Positions 57,445 to 64,000 of a stretch of DNA of 64,000 nt are shown piece by piece. How positions within the stretch are numbered: position 1 is the stretch's first letter; each line of letters starts with the position of its first letter. A program made the translations under genes and the position numbers. Source of the DNA: Macrostomum hystrix (lineage: Eukaryota > Animalia > Platyhelminthes); the NCBI GenBank assembly GCA_950097015.1, contig CATNEN010000034.1:2604001-2668000 (forward strand). Direction: 5' to 3'. A model generated the notes under the pieces. That model ran no database searches. It was not told the origin of the DNA and saw nothing but the letters and a program-made list of their open reading frames with translations.

Positions 57445-58925
57445 GATCAGGTCAGGTGTCATTATAGGTCAGGTGAGATGTCATTTTAGTTCAGATAAGG
57501 TGTCATCTGAGGTTAGGTCAGGTGTCATTTGAGGTTAGGTCAGGTGTCAGTTGATGTCAGATCAGGTGTCATCTGAGGTTAGGTCAGGTGTCATCTGAGG
57601 TTAGGTCAGGTGTCATTTGAGGTTAGGTCAGGTGTCATCTGAGGTTAGGTCAGGTGTCATCTGAGGTTAGGTCAGGTGTCATTTGAGGTTAGGTCAGGTG
57701 TCATTTGAGGTTAGGTCAGGTGTCATTTGAGGTTAGGTCAGGTGTCATCTGAGGTTAGGTCAGGTGTCATCTGAGGTTAGGTCAGGTGTCATTTGAGGTT
57801 AGGTCAGGTGTCATCTGAGGTTAGGTCAGGTGTCATCTGAGGTTAGGTCATGTGTCATTTGAGGTTAGGTCATGTGTCATCTGAGGTTAGGTCAGGTGTC
57901 ATCTGAGGTTAGGTCATGTGTCATCTGAGGTTAGGTCTGGTGTCATCTGAGGTTAGGTCAGGTGTCATTTGAGGTTAGGTCAGGTGTCATCTGAGGTTAG
58001 GTCAGGTGTCATTTGAGGTTAGGTCAGGTGTCATTTGAGGTTACGTCAGGTGTCATCTGAGGTTAGGTCAGGTGTCATCTGAGGTTAGGTCAGGTGTCAT
58101 CTGAGGTTAGGTCAGGTGTCATTTGAGGTTAGGTCAGGTGTCATCTGAGGTTAGGTCAGGTGTCATCTGAGGTTAGGTCATGTGTCATTTGAGGTTAGGT
58201 CATGTGTCATCTGAGGTTAGGTCAGGTGTCATCTGAGGTTAGGTCATGTGTCATCTGAGGTTAGGTCAAGTGTCATCTGAGGTTAGGTCTGGTGTCATCT
58301 GAGGTTAGGTCAGGTGTCATTTGAGGTTAGGTCAGGTGTCATCTGAGGTTAGGTCAGGTGTCATTTGAGGTTAGGTCAGGTGTCATTTGAGGTTACGTCA
58401 GGTGTCATCTGAGGTTAGGTCAGGTGTCATCTGAGGTTAGGTCTGGTGTCATCTGAGGTTAGGTCTGGTGTCATTTGAGGTTACGTCAGGTGTCATCTGA
58501 GGTTAGGTCAGGTGTCATCTGAGGTTAGGTCAGGTGTCATCTGAGGTTAGGTCAGGTGTCATCTGAGGTTAGGTCAGGTGTCATCTGAGGTTAGGTCATG
58601 TGTCATCTGAGGTTAGGTCAAGTGTCATCTGAGGTTAGGTCTGGTGTCATCTGAGGTTAGGTCAGGTGTCATTTGAGGTTAGGTCAGGTGTCATCTGAGG
58701 TTAGGTCAGGTGTCATTTGAGGTTAGGTCAGGTGTCATTTGAGGTTACGTCAGGTGTCATCTGAGGTTAGGTCAGGTGTCATCTGAGGTTAGGTCTGGTG
58801 TCATCTGAGGTTAGGTCTGGTGTCATTTGAGGTTACGTCAGGTGTCATCTGAGGTTAGGTCAGGTGTCATCTGAGGTTAGGTCAGGTGTCATCTGAGGTT
58901 AGGTCAGGTGTCAGTTAAGTTCAGC
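57445..58925. repeat. Intergenic minisatellite, 22-bp unit GTGTCAT(C/T)TGAGGTTAGGTCAG, about 65 copies
   Basis: Direct periodicity, upstream of the DEPDC5 first coding exon. Confidence 0.96.
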
Positions 58926-59185
58926 TCTGGGGTCAGGTAAGGCTATATTTATTTCAACAGAAGCAATCTAGTCAATAGAAAACAACATAGGACAGTTTTT
59001 GTTGAGTGCTTTATCAAACACAATTAAAATTCCATTGTAAGCCATCATGATCAATATATTAATTACCGAAAGCTTAAAATGCTAAGAGTTGATCATATAT
59101 TTACAAACCACAAAGGATGGAAGCGATTTGACCGCGCCTTGCTGCACAATTCTTAACCCAACGCCAAACAAAAAAGCAAAAATTA

Positions 59186-59737
59186 TCAACTCTTCGGCGC
59201 CGCCCTGCCGCTCAGCTTTTTAGTCGCCGCTGCCCGACGCGCAGTTCGCACCACGTCCTGCTTGATGAAGTCGCGCTCCTGACGCCAGGCCTCAAGGCAG
59301 TCGCCGGTGTCTTCGCTGTCGAAATTGGGCCGATTGGCGAAGAACTCGAGGCCGAGACGAATTCCGGCTCGCAGCGGATGAAAATCAGCCGCGGTATCGG
59401 CCACCGCCGATAACAAGGCCGTTCGGTGCTGGCTTGTTCGGCTTGATTTCTTTTCGTAGTCATCATCGTCGATGTGATGGAAAGCGTCGGCATATTCAAC
59501 ATCGGCTGATTCGACAATCTCAGTGTCCAGGTTTAGTTCCTCTTCGCCAAAGTCGAAAGCGAATGCAAACTGATTGGATGTCTCGGCTTGCCGGTTGATG
59601 TCTAGGTTGCCAAAACCGTTGCTATGGGCGCCAGATTGGTTGCTATGGACACCATTCATGTCAACATCAGCGCAGTCTGATTCATTGTCTGTTTTAGATC
59701 GGCGACGTTTACGGCTAACACCATCAGTGGCTGCCAT
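59186..59737 (-). CDS. Hypothetical protein or terminal exon (183 aa); acidic middle, C-terminal W..R..I.QD..R..R.A pattern loosely reminiscent of the NOL8 C-terminus
   Basis: GC-rich ORF within AT-rich flanks; N-terminal KRRRSK basic cluster (NLS-like); YAG acceptor 5 nt upstream of the ATG; AATAAA (minus) at 58948-58953. The family resemblance is from memory only. Confidence 0.6.
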   Translation of the reverse strand: MAATDGVSRKRRRSKTDNESDCADVDMNGVHSNQSGAHSNGFGNLDINRQAETSNQFAFAFDFGEEELNLDTEIVESADVEYADAFHHIDDDDYEKKSSRTSQHRTALLSAVADTAADFHPLRAGIRLGLEFFANRPNFDSEDTGDCLEAWRQERDFIKQDVVRTARRAAATKKLSGRAAPKS

Positions 59738-61397
59738 AGAAGCTGATAAGGGTTAATTAAGGCTGTACTTTTTAAGAAATCAGATCACTTCAGAAACAGG
59801 GGTAGAAAATGAAGTTCAAGACTAAAGAAACATGCTCTGACAAGACTGTGTGTAAAACCAAGTTATGGTATATATACTACAAGAAACTAGAAGTAGATTA
59901 CTTAGCAACACTGCTGTGCAGCTAGAAAATTCATAAAAACTACAAAGGTACTACAATTTGCATTTTATCAAGCATTTTGCACAATTTTGCACTGGGGACC
60001 ATATATATATTGTTTATCATGCCTCACCATCCCCAATCCTCACCAATTCCTGTTCCCATTCTCGATATCAGAATTAATGCTCTTTTAACAAAATAAAATG
60101 CCAACATATTCTGCACATTCTTGTGTTGTCAATATAGGTCAGCATAACAGTTCAGAACTTCACACCTCGGTTTTTAACTTTGTTTGATACAAAAGGGATG
60201 ATAACATTTTTATATCACATGAATGCACTGAATTCAATGTAATTCCTCACCTCTCTCCACTCCTCAACTCTATTCTCCTCAAATATTCTCTTTTCTGTTT
60301 TTCTCTCCTCTTTTCTCTTCACTTAGGGTTTCACATTATAATAATTCCACCTGTTTTGTTTTATTTCCTAAAAATAATTATTCTAAAAAAACAATGAAAA
60401 TGCAATGATTGTATAACTATTAACAAATCTGACAGATTTTATTAACTAACTGGCTCTCATTACCCACTGAAAGTGCTATGTGTGATAGTGTACCAGGTAC
60501 TAAAGAAGCTAATTTGGCAAAAAAAATGACTGGGTAATCCAGGTAACTACACAGTCCTGCTTAGCATATTGGATGGACTAAATGTTTCATAGGTAACTAT
60601 TAATCAGAGCATTTGTCTACTGCTAAAACTATTTTCTATACCTGAATATATATAACTTCCAAAGGCTTTGAACAGCCAGTAAGCTATACAGTCATGTATT
60701 TTATAAAATTATTTTCTAAATAGGTTTGAAAAAGTGATTTTTTTTCAAGACGTTTTGTGTATGTATAAGTTCCCCAACAGACATTTTCCAACAGACATTT
60801 TTCATTTTAAGCAAAAATTAAAACAAAAACACAACATCTCGAGCCAGGGTGTATGCCCAACTCTGACACTAAACTATGCTTTAATATAATATGTAGTGCA
60901 AATAGTTTCGCCAATGATTTGCTACTAAACTTAATTTTAAAGTGTGTTTTGATGGTTTTTTGGGTGCCTCTTTTGATCCTATTTATGCCTCATCTAATGG
61001 TATGGGTCAATTATTTCACAAGATACTGCTTCAACTGCTTGACACTTGTCTCTGCTACAAAATGACACCTTAGACATACAAATTTGTCAAGTACTTTTTT
61101 TAGATATTCTCATTTAAAGTGTGCTTTCTCTGCTTCTTTGCCACTTATACCTATAAGCAGTCATCTCTTAGGTGTTTAGAAAAAAGGTACTTTACAAATT
61201 GGTTCTTGTATGTCTTTGACTAACATAGCAAGAACATGTGTCAAGATGTGTCAAGGTCACAGTACTCATTTGTTAAATGTCAATTGTATGACAAAAGCTG
61301 CAAATATTTTTGTTTTCTTATCTGGTGATTGGTTAAACAACTACATCATATGACCTATTGCAATATAATTGACTAATTGAATACTTGGTAATAGCTT

Positions 61398-61756
61398 AAT
61401 AATAATAATTGCAGGAGGGCTGCTGGCTATGGCACAAAATTTGGTGACACTAGACCCGCAGCCAGCAAGGAGGCAATTCTGCCCATTTCGCTGACTCCTG
61501 AGCACATACGCACACAAATACTGTACGCGGCACAGGCCCACACAGGTGTGTACACCTGCCATGACTTTCTTGTCGTCAGGTAGGATACAATCTCACTGTG
61601 CCTTGGAGGTTGGCCCTCAAGTGCATAAATTGCACAACAAGCCCCCAAGCCTTCTCTCTGCGGCTGCGCCTCAAATGAATGTGGCCTCGCCGTGGAATTG
61701 AGCTCAGGGACCTTGGTGCGAGAGGCAAATGCATTAACCGCTCTGCCACTTGCCCC
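61398..61756 (-). mobile_element. tRNA-derived SINE, full-length copy with (ATT)4 tail
   Basis: Reverse complement reads GGGGCAAGTGGCAGAGCGGTTAA (A box TGGCAGAGCGG) ... GAGCTCAATTCC, then the same body as the 39548 copy with a ~30-nt insert, ending CCCTCCTGCA-(ATT)n. Confidence 0.8.
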
Positions 61757-63624
61757 CTAATAATATGATAATAGCTTTGTTGTTATTTGTTATTAAATTT
61801 TAAATGCATTGCCTAAACTAACCATTAAAACAATCAATATATAAATACAAATTTACTAAAGCTTTTTAGCTGTTTATAGCTGGTTTGTATATACACTCAG
61901 TCAACAACACCTAGTATTAAGGGTTTTTAATACTAGGCTACCCTTGTATAATTGTTTAATTTATAATTGTTAGGCATAGGTCCACTATAACTATAAGAAA
62001 TGTCAGGCTATATTGTTCCTTATATGGTCACAATATTAACAACTAGTATATATTTCATATAATTTTTTAAAAAGAAATTAGGCCTAATATGTTGAGCCTT
62101 ATTCCAGAATGCTGCCATGTATTTTTCCCTTGTTTACTAGTTTTTGGTTTTCATATTAGGTTTTTTCATGGTTAGCTATGCTAGGAATAGCCGAATAGGA
62201 CTATTAGAGCTATTAAAATCTTAAAGTTTTCATTTTTTATCTGCTAAACTGTTTTTATTATATTTTTAAAATATTTAGATAGGGAACAGAATGTCTATGT
62301 CTCATCTAGCCTATATAAGTAATATATAATAATAAAAGATTGAGCCAAGCTAATAAACCATTTATATGGCTAGCTATTACAATACTAAACATAGGAAAAT
62401 AGGCCTACATTATGTCATTCTGATTTAGATAATAAAAGAATATAAACTTATTATTATAAAGTAAAATATTCTGACATATGAGTGCAAGTGCTAACTTGGG
62501 CGGGGTCTAGGCCAACTAAAAACTGACCTAAAACCTAACCTTCAACCATTTTTTGAAATTTAAGTATTGAACTATTAACTAAAACTAGGCTTAATAAAAT
62601 GACCTCATTTTTGTTTTTAAATCAAAATCATGCAATAAAATGCAGTACACATAGGCACATAAAACATAACCTAAGTCTTTTGCTTCAGCCCAAAACTTGC
62701 TTGTTATCGCCCAAGAGAAAAATATGAAACTGCTAGGTAAAAAGCTAGGTATATATAGTATCTGGATATATAGTATCTGTGGGTATAAGTAATAAAATCT
62801 GCTATGCCAAGCCTAGCAGTTAGAAATATGTCGTCGTCGTTTTAACTGAGCTAGCGGATCAGATAAAAAAGGATTAGGCCTAACATTAAAATTTTGTTCG
62901 GTGACCGCTTACTTTAAATCTCACACGTGGGTATCACGCAATCACGAGTCTCACATCCACGATAATAAAAATGCGCACCTATTGTAACACTTTTTAGCTA
63001 GGCGTTGTCTACTATATTTTGCTATCGCTTCTCTTTGATATAATGTTTTTGCTTAATTTCCCGCGCATAGCTCGATGTTGAAAAATTGTGCAATAATTCA
63101 GACCCGAATCTCACACTATGATGCTTATTAAGGAAGGAAACTTCGATGACTGCTCAAGAGGACATACCTTTGTCTTCCGAGTTGGTGGGTGGAAACATTC
63201 CGAACAAATAATCGTAGTTTTTTTATTTCCAATTAAAAAAAGTTGACTTTAGACTGTTAGGTAAAAAAGTTATATCAAAATTTACTTTGATTTATTAATG
63301 CTACTTTTAGTATATTTTGCCTTAATTCATTTGCTTTTAAACAATACAAAATTTCTAAATTAAGCAACAATTTTGCAAGTCATTGGTTAGTCTTATTAAT
63401 ATTAATATTAATTTTATGTTAATATCACTAATATTATTATTATTAGTGAACCTTAAAAGTTACAGCAGTAAATGTTTTCATTTGGGCTATTGAGTACCGA
63501 TACGTTTTGGTCCCCCAATCTATGTATCTAAATTATTTTCATTAAATCAAGACCAAAGTTAAAGGCTTGTAGAAATGGGCAAATTGCATCTGCTGCGTGT
63601 CTAATATAAACCAATAAATTATAA

Positions 63625-64000
63625 TTAGGCTGCCCCACCAGCCGCCTTCGCCTGCTTGATCTCCAATGCTCTGGAATTTGGGGGCGTCTTGGCCACATCG
63701 TAGGTACTCAGCCGGGCCACAATGGTCTCCAGCTCGGCCTTGGAGACGCTCTTATTAGGCGCATTGTCGCCGTGGCCGCCACCGGAGCCCCTGTAAAAGT
63801 CGTACCGATTCTGGCCGAGATCGTGTCGGCCCCGACGGGACTCCACTGGCCAGCGGCTGAAGTCGCATTGTTTCAGCCTGTCGAAAATCTCTCTGGCTTC
63901 GGCTTCGCTGACTGTTCGGTGCGCGACCCTCTGCGGCTGCTGCTGCCCGGCTTCGCTACGGCGAACATCTTGACGAAGGCGTTCCACAATGGCATCAACA
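63625..64000 (-). CDS. Partial hypothetical protein (C-terminal part, runs off the window) with a repeated I[VF]xRL motif
   Basis: GC-rich ORF open to the window edge: (IV)ERLRQD, IFDRLKQCD, IVARLSTYD; stop at 63625-63627 where the DNA turns AT-rich. Confidence 0.6.
   Translation of the reverse strand, partial: VDAIVERLRQDVRRSEAGQQQPQRVAHRTVSEAEAREIFDRLKQCDFSRWPVESRRGRHDLGQNRYDFYRGSGGGHGDNAPNKSVSKAELETIVARLSTYDVAKTPPNSRALEIKQAKAAGGAA

Noticed and set aside
1347-58925. CRISPR-like appearance of 20-30 bp repeats
   Set aside because: The units are head-to-tail with no unique spacers, there are no cas genes, and the context is eukaryotic and intronic.
57445-58925. Telomere-like TTAGG/TCAGG pentamers in the 22-bp unit, and T4G-rich units at 36615-37056
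   Set aside because: They are embedded in longer units, are not pure telomeric tracts, and lie between or within genes.
61680-61756. Possible tRNA gene
   Set aside because: The A box is good, but the B box/T-arm is degenerate, the cloverleaf is incomplete, and it is fused to the SINE body in several copies.

Overview
Eukaryotic (metazoan) genomic DNA with GC-rich, polyQ/polyA/polyG-laden exons and introns packed with minisatellites. The style suggests a flatworm such as Macrostomum lignano (inference, not verified). All recognisable genes lie on the minus strand. From right to left: a partial unknown ORF (63.6-64.0 kb), a small unknown ORF (59.2-59.7 kb), a complete 11-exon DEPDC5/IML1 (GATOR1 subunit, 44870-57009), a complete HYDIN of about 34 exons (5776-42831) and an intronless glutaminyl-peptide cyclotransferase (2938-4038/4203). 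I traced GT-AG junctions and codon phases by hand for both multi-exon genes; all are consistent except one apparent 1-nt frameshift in the last HYDIN codons. The main unexplained structure is a 'one private minisatellite per intron' architecture: 9 of 10 DEPDC5 introns and most large HYDIN introns each carry a different tandem array, mostly with 16-31 bp units. Also present: five copies of a tRNA-headed, structured SINE; several frame-preserving candidate cassette exons in HYDIN that the ORF track misses; and splice-acceptor-like AGs 5-15 nt upstream of three start codons (possible SL trans-splicing). No CRISPR, rRNA or intact tRNA genes were found.
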